Assembly (NCBI GenBank): GCA_049274945.1
Contig: JBASTP010000009.1
Span: 4,441 to 68,440 of the forward strand
Direction: 5' to 3'
Source of the DNA: Patescibacteria group bacterium
GTDB lineage: Bacteria; Patescibacteriota; UBA1384; GWA2-35-9; JBASTP01
DNA length: 64,000 nucleotides
The position numbers and the translations under genes were made by a program. Under the pieces are notes generated by a model that was not told the DNA's origin, did not search any database, and saw only the letters and a program-made list of their open reading frames with translations. This document shows, piece after piece, positions 16,165 to 24,686 of the stretch; position 1 is the stretch's first letter, and each line of letters opens with the position of its first letter.

Positions 16165-17886
16165 TTGGTTATGTCCAAACGAGTACCGCTTGCGCTCGCA
16201 GTGGTTCTGGTTATTGTTGGATTGAGGAGCGGCGCTCCCCAAGACTCAGAAAACCCCTACCGTTGGTCTCGGCCGGTGCGAGGGACTATCCATAGTCATT
16301 CGATTTACAGCAACGACCTTACCTTTCAGATGCGCGGGATGGTCAAAGATCTTGACCACCGCTTTTCCGAAGACGTCGAGGCGATGATTAAGCGAGCTGA
16401 GCGGCTCGGGCTCAACTTTTTGTTGCTCCAGGACCACGGCGAAAAGCTGGCCCTCGGTCACTGGTACCATGAGGGTGAGCTTGAACGCAATAGCGATAGG
16501 GTTAACTTCGCCGGCGGCCCTAGCTACGGCCTGCTCTGGGTGGTGCGGGGATTCGAATGGACCCAAGGCAGCTTGGTTGATTCCAAGCCAGTGCCTCACA
16601 AGGCGCGCGAGGGCGAGATCAACCATGTTGGCGTGTTCCGGACAGAAGACTTTACCGGCACTTCGCTGCGGCCAGAAACCGGCATGCCGGTCAGCTCAAA
16701 TCTAGCAGCGCTCTATCGTTGGTTGCTTATGCACGATCCAAACAAAGTCTTCTGCTCGTTCAATCACCCGAGCTATGGCTCAAGCCAGTTCAACGACTTC
16801 GCCATTCCCGCTGGCATGGAACATATTGTAGATTATTTTCGGATGATCGAGGTCGGCTCCGGTTCGTCGATTTTCTACGAGGGGCCTGACAAGCTCGAAA
16901 GGCATTACCAAAAAGCGCTCCAGCGCGGCTGGCGACTCATGCCGGCAATCGGCGCTGACAATCCAGGCAAGTTGACTTACCAAAATGCCCGCAAACGCCA
17001 CACCGCGGTCTGGGTGGATAACGTGCGGGGCCAGCACCCATTTTTCGACCACGTCCGGGAGTGTTGCGGCTTTGCGAGCGAGGACGAGGACGCGGTGGCT
17101 GAGTTGTGGTTCACCGGCGTGCACGACGCAATGGGGTTCGATCGTCGCAACCCGGTGATGGGGCAGCGCGATTGGCTCTACTGCGATGTTTACCCGCCGA
17201 CGCTCAATTACCGCGTATACGATCAAGGTAAGGCCGAAGGTTGGCGCCAGATTAAGATCGTTCGCGTGCGGCAAAATCAGATTGATGAGTCCACGGTCGG
17301 TCGCATCGAGGGTCGTCTCGTCATCGAACCGAGCTTTGACGATATTTGTTTTTACCTCAAGGCACAGCAGCTCGATGGCGACATGCTGCTGACTGCCCCG
17401 ATTTGGGTGACCAACCGGCAGCTGCTCGTAAGTGGCGCGGTCACTCACCCCTGGCTTGGCGTGCTGCGCTGGGAACTCCATGGCATTCGCCAGGGCGAGC
17501 GCAACGGCCATCCGGTCATGCCGCCCATCCAGCCAGAACTCAGGTTGCGGGCTAGCCAGCTGGCCATCCCGGAAGATTGGCAGCTTAGGATCGACTGGGT
17601 GAAACCGACCCCCAACCGCGACATTAGCGCGGCATACTATCAGACAGTTAGACCGACCGTGATTGACCGTGCGAATCTCACCCTCTTTCCTCCTACCGAA
17701 TTTGCGACGTCTCCGTTCAAGGACCGCTGTGGGGGTCAGTTTCCAGACCCGGCGTCGAGTGCAAATCTGGACGAAGGCGATACTCGCTACCACATCAATC
17801 TCTATTGGTACTCGTCAAGCTCCGGAGCAGAGTCAGCGCCAGTTTTGACGATCCCTTTTTACATCAGACCGCTCAACTTCCGTTGA
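16165..17886 (+). CDS. Secreted hypothetical protein with N-terminal PHP-like metal-binding block
   Basis: Signal peptide MVMSKRVPLALAVVLVIVGLRSGAP; RGTIHSHSIYSNDLTF...LGLNFLLLQDHGE resembles the start of a PHP domain. Confidence 0.55.
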   Translation: MVMSKRVPLALAVVLVIVGLRSGAPQDSENPYRWSRPVRGTIHSHSIYSNDLTFQMRGMVKDLDHRFSEDVEAMIKRAERLGLNFLLLQDHGEKLALGHWYHEGELERNSDRVNFAGGPSYGLLWVVRGFEWTQGSLVDSKPVPHKAREGEINHVGVFRTEDFTGTSLRPETGMPVSSNLAALYRWLLMHDPNKVFCSFNHPSYGSSQFNDFAIPAGMEHIVDYFRMIEVGSGSSIFYEGPDKLERHYQKALQRGWRLMPAIGADNPGKLTYQNARKRHTAVWVDNVRGQHPFFDHVRECCGFASEDEDAVAELWFTGVHDAMGFDRRNPVMGQRDWLYCDVYPPTLNYRVYDQGKAEGWRQIKIVRVRQNQIDESTVGRIEGRLVIEPSFDDICFYLKAQQLDGDMLLTAPIWVTNRQLLVSGAVTHPWLGVLRWELHGIRQGERNGHPVMPPIQPELRLRASQLAIPEDWQLRIDWVKPTPNRDISAAYYQTVRPTVIDRANLTLFPPTEFATSPFKDRCGGQFPDPASSANLDEGDTRYHINLYWYSSSSGAESAPVLTIPFYIRPLNFR

Positions 17887-17892
17887 CTTTGG

Positions 17893-17920
17893 CCCGGCGA
17901 CTTTACGCCGGGTTTTTTTT
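17893..17920 (+). terminator. Rho-independent terminator
   Basis: cccggcg-actttac-cgccggg followed by tttttttt. Confidence 0.8.
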
Positions 17921-17939
17921 CTGCTACTCTAGCTAGATT

Positions 17940-18413
17940 ATGGTAATCATCTCAAAATCCGAGGATCGGTTTGAAATTAAAACCAAGACATCAACCATCA
18001 CCACGGGCGAAACTGTTTCGATTAACGGCGTCGAACTGGTGGGGCCGGGCGAGTACGAAATCGGCGATTGCAAAATTCTCGGCATCCCCCCATCGGTGTA
18101 CCTCATCGAATCGGAAGATTTGCGCATCGCCTACCTTGATCGGCTTTCAGATATGTTGAGTGAAGATCAAATCGAGGCGCTCTCCGAGCCCGATATTCTT
18201 TTTGTGCCAACCGGCGGGAGCGGCACGCTCGATCCCAAATCCGCGGAGCGGCTGGTGGCGCTCATCGATCCAAAAATTGTGATTCCCATGCTGGGAGATA
18301 TTGCGTCAGTTGTTAAGCAGCTCGGTGGCACATCGGAAGAGCTCAGCCAGTTAAAAATTACCCGCCAAAGCTTGCCCCAAGACGGGCGCCGTGTCGTGGT
18401 ACTAAAGCCATGA
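17940..18413 (+). CDS. Small MBL-fold-like hydrolase (Lactamase_B_3/UlaG-like, weak)
   Basis: 157 aa; LFVPTGGSGTLDPKSAERLVALIDPKIVIPM resembles the C-terminus of short MBL-fold proteins; translationally coupled (ATGA) to nrnA. Confidence 0.45.
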   Translation: MVIISKSEDRFEIKTKTSTITTGETVSINGVELVGPGEYEIGDCKILGIPPSVYLIESEDLRIAYLDRLSDMLSEDQIEALSEPDILFVPTGGSGTLDPKSAERLVALIDPKIVIPMLGDIASVVKQLGGTSEELSQLKITRQSLPQDGRRVVVLKP

Positions 18414-19381
18414 ACGGAGCGTTAGCTCAAGTTGTTGATCTCATTACCAATCTCGATCGTATCTTACTATTGGTCCACCTCGAGCCCGATGGCGACACGC
18501 TCGCTTCTTCACTCGCCCTCGCGGCATCCATCCGCCAGCTCGGCAAATCGGTGGTAGTGGCTGGCCGCGATCCGGTGCCGGGCGTGTTCCAATTTTTGCC
18601 CGGCGCCTACACCATTACCAACGATTTTCTGCTTTCTGACTACGAGCTCGTGGCCGTGATCGACTGCGGCGATCTGAGGCGCACCGGATTTCCGGAACGG
18701 CTTATTCAGTTTGCCAAAACCAAAGGGCGGTTAGTAAACATTGATCATCACGGAAGATCTGATCTTCATAAAATTGCGAATGTTAATTTTTGGGATCCTC
18801 AGGCCTGCGCCGCCGGCCAGTTGGTAATAGCAATAATAGACGGATTGGGTGCCGACATCACCGGCGACATTGCCACGTGCCTGCTCACCGCGATTTATAC
18901 CGACACCGGCGGGTTTCGCCACGCCAACACCACCCCCTCAACGTTGCGCCTCGCCGCGCGCCTTTTGAACGAGGGCGCGCGGTTACGAGAGATCACCGAG
19001 CATTTACTTAACTCAAAATCAATTGCCTCGCTTCGCCTGCTGGGCCTCGTGCTCTCGCGGATCAAACGGTTCCGCAAACTGGGCCTCGTGTCTTCGTTCG
19101 TTACCCACCACGACCTCGAGCGGCTGGGGGGTTCGCCAACCGATTTGGCGGGGGCGGTCAACGTGATTGGCCAAACGCCCGGCGCCAAGGCCTCAATTCT
19201 CTTTACTGAAGTTGACGACGGCAAGCTTAAGGCCTCAATCCGCACCGAGACCGATGGCGTTGACGTTTCCCAGTTCGCCGAGATTTTTGGCGGCGGCGGC
19301 CACCGCCGCGCCTCGGGTTTTCTAATCGATGGCAAAATTATCCGTAAAGGCAGGAAGTTTGAAATCGACCTCCCAAGCTAA
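18410..19381 (+). CDS. nrnA: DHH/DHHA1 phosphoesterase (NrnA-like oligoribonuclease / pAp phosphatase)
   Basis: LLVHLEPDGDTLASSLALA (DHH motif), IDHHGRSD, C-terminal GGGGHRRASG (DHHA1). Confidence 0.8.
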   Translation: MNGALAQVVDLITNLDRILLLVHLEPDGDTLASSLALAASIRQLGKSVVVAGRDPVPGVFQFLPGAYTITNDFLLSDYELVAVIDCGDLRRTGFPERLIQFAKTKGRLVNIDHHGRSDLHKIANVNFWDPQACAAGQLVIAIIDGLGADITGDIATCLLTAIYTDTGGFRHANTTPSTLRLAARLLNEGARLREITEHLLNSKSIASLRLLGLVLSRIKRFRKLGLVSSFVTHHDLERLGGSPTDLAGAVNVIGQTPGAKASILFTEVDDGKLKASIRTETDGVDVSQFAEIFGGGGHRRASGFLIDGKIIRKGRKFEIDLPS

Positions 19382-20009
19382 CCTCGTTGCCGAAACGATC
19401 GCCACTTACGATAGAACGGCGGACGTTTACGCGGCCGGCACCGTGGATGAAGTTCGCAAAACCCGCCCAATGGCCGAGTGGTTTATCGAACGGTTAGGTG
19501 GCAAAAAGGTTATTGAAATTGGTTGCGGCCCGGGCTACGATGCCAAGCATTTTTCCGAGCACGGGCTCGCACTCACGGCCATCGATCTTTCGGCTGGCTT
19601 TGTGGCGATGGCTGCCAAACGCGCCCCAAAAGCGCGCGTATTGAAGATGGACATGCGTCACCTCAAATTCCCGCCCCATGGGTTTGACGGCATTTGGGCA
19701 ATGGCATCATTTCTCCACGTGCCCAAATTAGAGGGCGAAAAAACCCTGCGTGGCTTTAAGCGCGTGCTCAAGCCCGGCGGGTTGCTGTTTATTTCCGTAA
19801 AAATCGGCCAGGGTGAAAAAGTGATCAGCAAGAAACGCTACGGTGGCGGTGTTCGCAACCACGGCGGCATTAAGTTTTTCGCCTATTACAGCGAGCGAGG
19901 TTTTAAACAATTACTCAAACGCTGCGGGTTTACCATTCTCAAAACCGCGATCACCAAAAACCGCTACGAAGACCCGTTCATTAACGTATTTGCGAAAAAG
20001 GACCTCTAG
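19329..20009 (+). CDS. Class I SAM-dependent methyltransferase (start uncertain; alternative ATG at 19470)
   Basis: KVIEIGCGPGYDAKHF motif I, LKPGGLLFISV; the 5' 53 nt overlap nrnA. Confidence 0.7.
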   Translation: MAKLSVKAGSLKSTSQANLVAETIATYDRTADVYAAGTVDEVRKTRPMAEWFIERLGGKKVIEIGCGPGYDAKHFSEHGLALTAIDLSAGFVAMAAKRAPKARVLKMDMRHLKFPPHGFDGIWAMASFLHVPKLEGEKTLRGFKRVLKPGGLLFISVKIGQGEKVISKKRYGGGVRNHGGIKFFAYYSERGFKQLLKRCGFTILKTAITKNRYEDPFINVFAKKDL

Positions 20010-20253
20010 CTATTTCCGCTTGCGGGTTTTGGCGTCGCGGATGAGCACTCCGCCTTTAACGCGGCTCACATTTAGCTTTTGCTTGCGCCGCCACCCGAGT
20101 GAATTTACGAGAGCCTTGGGCAAAGTAATGTAGTTCGTGTATTTACCCAGTTCTCCAATTTTTCTGACGTATGCCATGCTATATAGGGTACTATATAATA
20201 CTTATATACTATATTATATAGTATCTCCCGATCGTCGTCAACTCCATAATAAC

Positions 20254-21435
20254 TTAACGCTCGTAGGTTGTGGGTTTCGAGAATGATCCGCTGCCTGAGC
20301 AGCTAGCTTGGGTGAGTTCGACTTGCATGGTGGTGGCGTTCGTTAGCTGGATAAGTAACGATCCGCTGCGGGCGATATTGCCAGAGCCCGGTTGGGCATC
20401 GGTCTGGTAGCAGTACACGGTGCCATCGGGTTTTACCTCACTAAACTCGCGATTGATCGTGCCCTCGTGTTTTGGCATAAACGCAATCTTAGTGGGGCTA
20501 CCAATCACTCCGCCGATCGAAGCAATACCCACTGATGGATCAAAGTTATCGTGAACGAGGGCAATACTTTTATCCCAGTTACCCGGTTGATCAATCAGAT
20601 CGCTGGCTTTTACGCCGGTAATCCAGTCGCCTTGGGCCGTTCCTGGAACGTCCTGGTTCACCTCGCCGCAGCGCGGTTCGATGGTGCGTTTGGTTCGAGA
20701 CGACCCGAGTTTTTCATAGAGTGTGGCTTTAGTGGCTTCGTCAAACAAATCGAGCGGGCACACGAAGTGCAGGGCATCGGAGCGGTAGCGTTTGGGGTTA
20801 GCGTAGGGCTTGCCCGATTGCCGCCGATCAACCGCTTGAATGTCCAGGCCGGTTGCCGTGCCGCCCCCGGCGGTGCCGATGATTTCTCCAGCTTTCATGG
20901 CGTAGTTTAATTGGGCGCGGCAGTAGGTGTAGTCGTCGCCGGGCCGGGGCACCTGGGTATCACACGAGGGCCTCGCGGCTTCAAACGCCGCCTGCAATTG
21001 CGGCGAAATGCTCGTAACGTGGCCAAAGTTTAACCGCACGTCTTTGCACGCGGTAATATCGAGGGCGTAGTCATCGCTCCAAACCGCGCCTTGTTTTTTG
21101 GCGGTATTGTGATTGATCGATTGGACAACAATATCGCCCGGGGCGCGCACGGGCCTATCGTAGGCCGGATCGATGGTGTTGTTTTCTTTAATTACCACGT
21201 AGATGTGGTCGGTGGGGACGGTGTGGTCGGGCGGGCTCAAGTTACCCAGTGGGGTGATCGAAAGAAAATCTGTTGGGGCAATCGGGGAAGCGGTAAACAT
21301 GCCGCCAGGGGCGCACTCTGGCCCACCAATGGTATTTACTAGTTTAGGTGTACGCCGGCGTAGTTCACCGACCACCATCGTAAAAAATACCGCGACCAAG
21401 ATAACAACTAACCCAACGACAATTTTTTTGAGCAT
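20254..21435 (-). CDS. Membrane-anchored/secreted hypothetical protein
   Basis: N-terminal TM MLKKIVVGLVVILVAVFFTMVV; 393 aa, Gly/Thr/Ser-rich extracytoplasmic part; no family recognised. Confidence 0.55.
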   Translation of the reverse strand: MLKKIVVGLVVILVAVFFTMVVGELRRRTPKLVNTIGGPECAPGGMFTASPIAPTDFLSITPLGNLSPPDHTVPTDHIYVVIKENNTIDPAYDRPVRAPGDIVVQSINHNTAKKQGAVWSDDYALDITACKDVRLNFGHVTSISPQLQAAFEAARPSCDTQVPRPGDDYTYCRAQLNYAMKAGEIIGTAGGGTATGLDIQAVDRRQSGKPYANPKRYRSDALHFVCPLDLFDEATKATLYEKLGSSRTKRTIEPRCGEVNQDVPGTAQGDWITGVKASDLIDQPGNWDKSIALVHDNFDPSVGIASIGGVIGSPTKIAFMPKHEGTINREFSEVKPDGTVYCYQTDAQPGSGNIARSGSLLIQLTNATTMQVELTQASCSGSGSFSKPTTYER

Positions 21436-21502
21436 TCCCCCTCCTCGTTTCTTTGAGTGTACTGCAAGTTTTGATGCTACTCAATCCGCATGATTGCTGC
21501 AC

Positions 21503-21530
21503 AAAAAAAGCGGTCGCCGGAGGCGACCGC
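21503..21530 (-). terminator. Rho-independent terminator (minus strand) downstream of purB and a small ORF
   Basis: gcggtcgcc-gga-ggcgaccgc hairpin with an A-run on the + strand (T-run on the - strand). Confidence 0.6.
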
Positions 21531-21556
21531 CGATGCAATGGCGGAAGAAAGAGTGG

Positions 21557-21796
21557 TTACTCGCGAACGGCGAGACGGAGGAGATTCCGGTCGGTGAAAA
21601 AGTTCACGATTGTCAACCGATCTGGCAAGTGGGCAATCTCGATTAGCGAAAGCTTTCTATGGAACGCACACTCGTAGGCTTTTCTCGCTGCAGAAATGAA
21701 CGTTTCGTCACCACAGACCACGCCCCAGACTTCGCACCCGATGATTTCAGTAGTGAATGCGCCTTCGCGATGAGAGTTCCAATCGATATTTTCCAT
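21557..21796 (-). CDS. Small hypothetical protein (79 aa) between purB and its terminator
   Basis: ORF placed exactly between the purB stop and the minus-strand terminator; no homology recognised. Confidence 0.3.
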   Translation of the reverse strand: MENIDWNSHREGAFTTEIIGCEVWGVVCGDETFISAARKAYECAFHRKLSLIEIAHLPDRLTIVNFFTDRNLLRLAVRE

Positions 21797-21808
21797 AGCA
21801 AGCTCGTC

Positions 21809-23287
21809 TCACTTTCCGAGGATTTCCCGATACAGCACACCCTCGTTTCGCAGGAGATATTCAAAATCGAATACTCTGTTCCACTGCGCTTGCGCCGTTG
21901 CGTCTTCGAATATTGCCGCTAAGCATTCATTCCACCGCCCAACAGTAGCTTGGTCGACTGCCAGTTGGTCCGAGGTGCGCAACTGTGCGTGTAAAATTAA
22001 CGTCTGGATTGATACCGGTTCTGGCAAAAGTAGCAATTCCTGCATCCCAGCTTGGGCGTTGGCAAGCGATGAAGATCGTTCATTCCGGAGTTGCCTTGCT
22101 GCCTCCGATGGCTCAAAAACATTGGCGGCCGCGAGCTTAACAATTCGGTAGGAATCCTCTGCGGTTAAGCCATGTTGTTCGCCGAACTCCTCAAGTATTT
22201 CTTTGGCCACCGAGGCGGCGTAGGTGCCGCGCGATTCGACGATCTCGAGAAGCATGACATCTGGCCGAACTACCAAACCCTCGAGCACCCGCACCATCGT
22301 CGAAACAGAATGAACGGTAACGTGGCACAAATCGGCCCAAGCCACCCGCTCGACCGATGATTGTTCAATGGCGCGCTCCTCCCACGTGATGGCGTTGCCT
22401 TCGATCATTTCCAAGAAGCCTTTCGCCATCCGCCACATGCCCTCGATCTTTTCCGTGTTGATGGTGTTTTTCTTGTGGGGCATGGCAGAGGAACCGGTTT
22501 GTTTTTTGCCGAATGGTTCCTGGACGATGGGGTAACCACTGCGGGCTGCCAGGCGGATATCAAGCGCAATCTGCTGGAGCGCGGTGACAAGGTCGTAAAC
22601 TGCTCGACCGAGCGGCAGAAAGAGGCTCCGAGGCAGAATCTGGGTAGCGCCGTAGTAGGGCTCGAGCTTGAGGATTTTTAGCGCCTCGCGCTCTACCTCG
22701 GGTGAAACGCCAGTGTAGTTACCTACTGCGCCAGAGAGTTTGGAATATTTGAGTTCGGTAATTGCCCTATCTAACGCTCGCAGCGCACTATTTAGCAATC
22801 GGAACCAGGAAAGGCAGCGCTTGCCGAAGCTCTGCAAGTCGGCCCACTGGCCATGGGTTCGGCCGATCATTGGCGTGTAGCGGTACTCATGGGCAAGATC
22901 TCGTAAGACATTCAAGGCTGTATGGCTGATTTCTGCAATGTGTAAACCAGCTTCCTTAAGCGTCAGCACGAAGCCTGATTCCTCGGTGTCGTACGAGGTA
23001 AGTCCCTGGTGCCAGAACTTTTGGAGTGGGACTGGTATCCACCGGAGTCTTTCATCCAGCCAGGCCTGCAGGTCGTGGTGGATTTGCCCTTCGCGATCGT
23101 GCCACCAGTTAATGTCGCATGGCCGACTGTTCAGCATCATGAATACCGCGTTGTAAGTACCTTTTGGGTAGTTTCCCAGTTTTTCCTGAGCGGCGATCAC
23201 CGCGAGTTCGGTTTTCTGCCAACCGGCCACTTTGTGCTCTTCAGAGAAGATTTCACTGATTCTAGGATGAGCGTATCGTTTGATCAT
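21809..23287 (-). CDS. purB: Adenylosuccinate lyase
   Basis: MIKRYAHPRISEIFSEE N-terminus, TPMIGRTHGQWA, fumarate-lyase signature GSSAMPHKKNTINTE. Confidence 0.85.
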   Translation of the reverse strand: MIKRYAHPRISEIFSEEHKVAGWQKTELAVIAAQEKLGNYPKGTYNAVFMMLNSRPCDINWWHDREGQIHHDLQAWLDERLRWIPVPLQKFWHQGLTSYDTEESGFVLTLKEAGLHIAEISHTALNVLRDLAHEYRYTPMIGRTHGQWADLQSFGKRCLSWFRLLNSALRALDRAITELKYSKLSGAVGNYTGVSPEVEREALKILKLEPYYGATQILPRSLFLPLGRAVYDLVTALQQIALDIRLAARSGYPIVQEPFGKKQTGSSAMPHKKNTINTEKIEGMWRMAKGFLEMIEGNAITWEERAIEQSSVERVAWADLCHVTVHSVSTMVRVLEGLVVRPDVMLLEIVESRGTYAASVAKEILEEFGEQHGLTAEDSYRIVKLAAANVFEPSEAARQLRNERSSSLANAQAGMQELLLLPEPVSIQTLILHAQLRTSDQLAVDQATVGRWNECLAAIFEDATAQAQWNRVFDFEYLLRNEGVLYREILGK

Positions 23288-23390
23288 TTATAGCTCAACT
23301 CCTTCTGTTGTCACGGTGCGGGACGATAACGTCACCCCTATTATGCCAAAATGATAAAAATATACTAGAGTACAGGTTCTGCAGATTTTT

Positions 23391-23474
23391 TGGTGCCGGG
23401 GGCGAGATTCGAACTCGCAAGCCTTTCGGCAAGGGATTTTAAGTCCCTCGTGTATACCATTCCACCACCCCGGC
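23391..23474 (-). tRNA. tRNA-Leu (anticodon TAA), type II, CCA encoded
   Basis: Reverse complement reads GCCGGGGTGGTGGAATGGTATACAC G AGGGA CTTAAAA TCCCT ...GCGAGTTCGAATCTCGC CCCCGGC ACCA. Confidence 0.9.
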
Positions 23475-23517
23475 TAAACGAATTTTATCGAACATTAACT
23501 CCTGATACAATAAGGTA

Positions 23518-23766
23518 ATGATCTTTTTTACAAAGCACGCCCGCGAGAAATTTAAAGTTCTCAAGGCGCACAAGTTTTCGGTAACGCGATCCAAGGTGAT
23601 GAAAACTTTGCGTGATCCTGACCACATCGACCGCTCGCGTTTTCCAATCCTGATTGCCGAGCGTGGATTTGACGAACAGAGGGTGTTACGGGTAGTATAT
23701 AAACGAGAAGGGAACGATATTACTGTTATCACATTTTACCCAGCAAAAAGGGGTCGCTATGAATAA
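23518..23766 (+). CDS. DUF4258-family protein (putative toxin of a DUF4258/DUF2283 pair)
   Basis: FTKHAREKFKVLKAHKFSVTRSKVMKTL...VLRVVYKREGNDITVITFYPAKRG matches the DUF4258 pattern (HA.eR...gis..ev...l / ViTvY). Confidence 0.65.
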   Translation: MIFFTKHAREKFKVLKAHKFSVTRSKVMKTLRDPDHIDRSRFPILIAERGFDEQRVLRVVYKREGNDITVITFYPAKRGRYE

Positions 23767-23995
23767 ACCACACCCAAAAATCCGTTATGAATCCCAAGCC
23801 GATGTGCTGAGTTATGAGCTTACCAAAGAGCCGATTGACCATGCGGAGGAAATTGGCAATTTTATTGTTCACTTTACCGAAGATAACTCCCCGGTATTGG
23901 TGGAAATCTTGAACGCGCGGGAGTTCTTGGATAGTTCGGGCAGCTTAGTTCACAAGGGTTCTCAGAAATCTTCAAAACTGGCCCCAGTACGATAA
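23759..23995 (+). CDS. DUF2283-family protein (putative antitoxin partner)
   Basis: IRYESQADVLSYELTKEPIDHAEEIGNFIVHFTEDNSPVLVEILNAREF matches DUF2283 (MKITYDxEADaLYIxL...GIEIL); overlaps upstream gene by 8 nt. Confidence 0.65.
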   Translation: MNKPHPKIRYESQADVLSYELTKEPIDHAEEIGNFIVHFTEDNSPVLVEILNAREFLDSSGSLVHKGSQKSSKLAPVR

Positions 23996-24017
23996 TTTCT
24001 GCTACAATCGTACTACG

Positions 24018-24686
24018 ATGCAACGAGTCTTGATTAAGTGGTCTATGACGGTGGTGGTGCTCTTTGTGGCAATGTTGGCATTGTTCAACGTACGGCCCGG
24101 TCTTTTTGCCGACGCTGTCTATCCTCTAAAGTTCAAAAGCGAGATTGTGGCTGCCGCAGAAGAGTTCCACCTACGCCGCACCTTGATCGCCGCGCTGATT
24201 TTCACCGAAAGCCGATTTAAGGAAGGGTGTCCTAAATCAAATCGGGGGGCAATCGGGCTAACCCAAATGCTGCCCTCTACTGCCGCTGGGGTAGCTCAAA
24301 ATCTGGGAGTGGCGGATTTTTCAGTGCAAAAACTCTGTTCTGATCCAAGTCTCGCGATTCGGCTCGGAACGGCTTATTTGCGCTCGGCTTACGACCGGGC
24401 AATTGGCAAGGGTGCAACTCCCGAACTCGCCGAGCGAGTGGCGCTCGCCCACTATAATGGCGGCCCGCGGGCCGCGGACGTGCTGCTTGCGACCAATAAG
24501 ACTGCCGGGCTAGCCAACGAAACAAGGAAGTTTGTGCCTCTTGTGCTCGATCGGGAGAAAGTATATCTCGAACTCTACGGCGATGATTGGGGCGGGGAAG
24601 TGGAAGAACCGTTTGCCTTTAAACCGGGCCAGAACATCTTTAACTTACTTGATCCTAACAAGCTTGCAGCATTTCTAGGTTCGTGA
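24018..24686 (+). CDS. Lytic transglycosylase (SLT domain), membrane anchored
   Basis: ALIFTESRFKEGCPKSNRGAIGLTQMLPSTAAG...AYLRSAYD...ALAHYNGGP. Confidence 0.8.
   Translation: MQRVLIKWSMTVVVLFVAMLALFNVRPGLFADAVYPLKFKSEIVAAAEEFHLRRTLIAALIFTESRFKEGCPKSNRGAIGLTQMLPSTAAGVAQNLGVADFSVQKLCSDPSLAIRLGTAYLRSAYDRAIGKGATPELAERVALAHYNGGPRAADVLLATNKTAGLANETRKFVPLVLDREKVYLELYGDDWGGEVEEPFAFKPGQNIFNLLDPNKLAAFLGS

Noticed and set aside
19329-19470. Whether the methyltransferase starts at 19329 (overlapping nrnA by 53 nt) or at the internal ATG at 19470
   Set aside because: Not resolved; the longer form is reported because residues 20-45 (AETIATYDRTADVYAAG) look like a genuine MTase N-terminus
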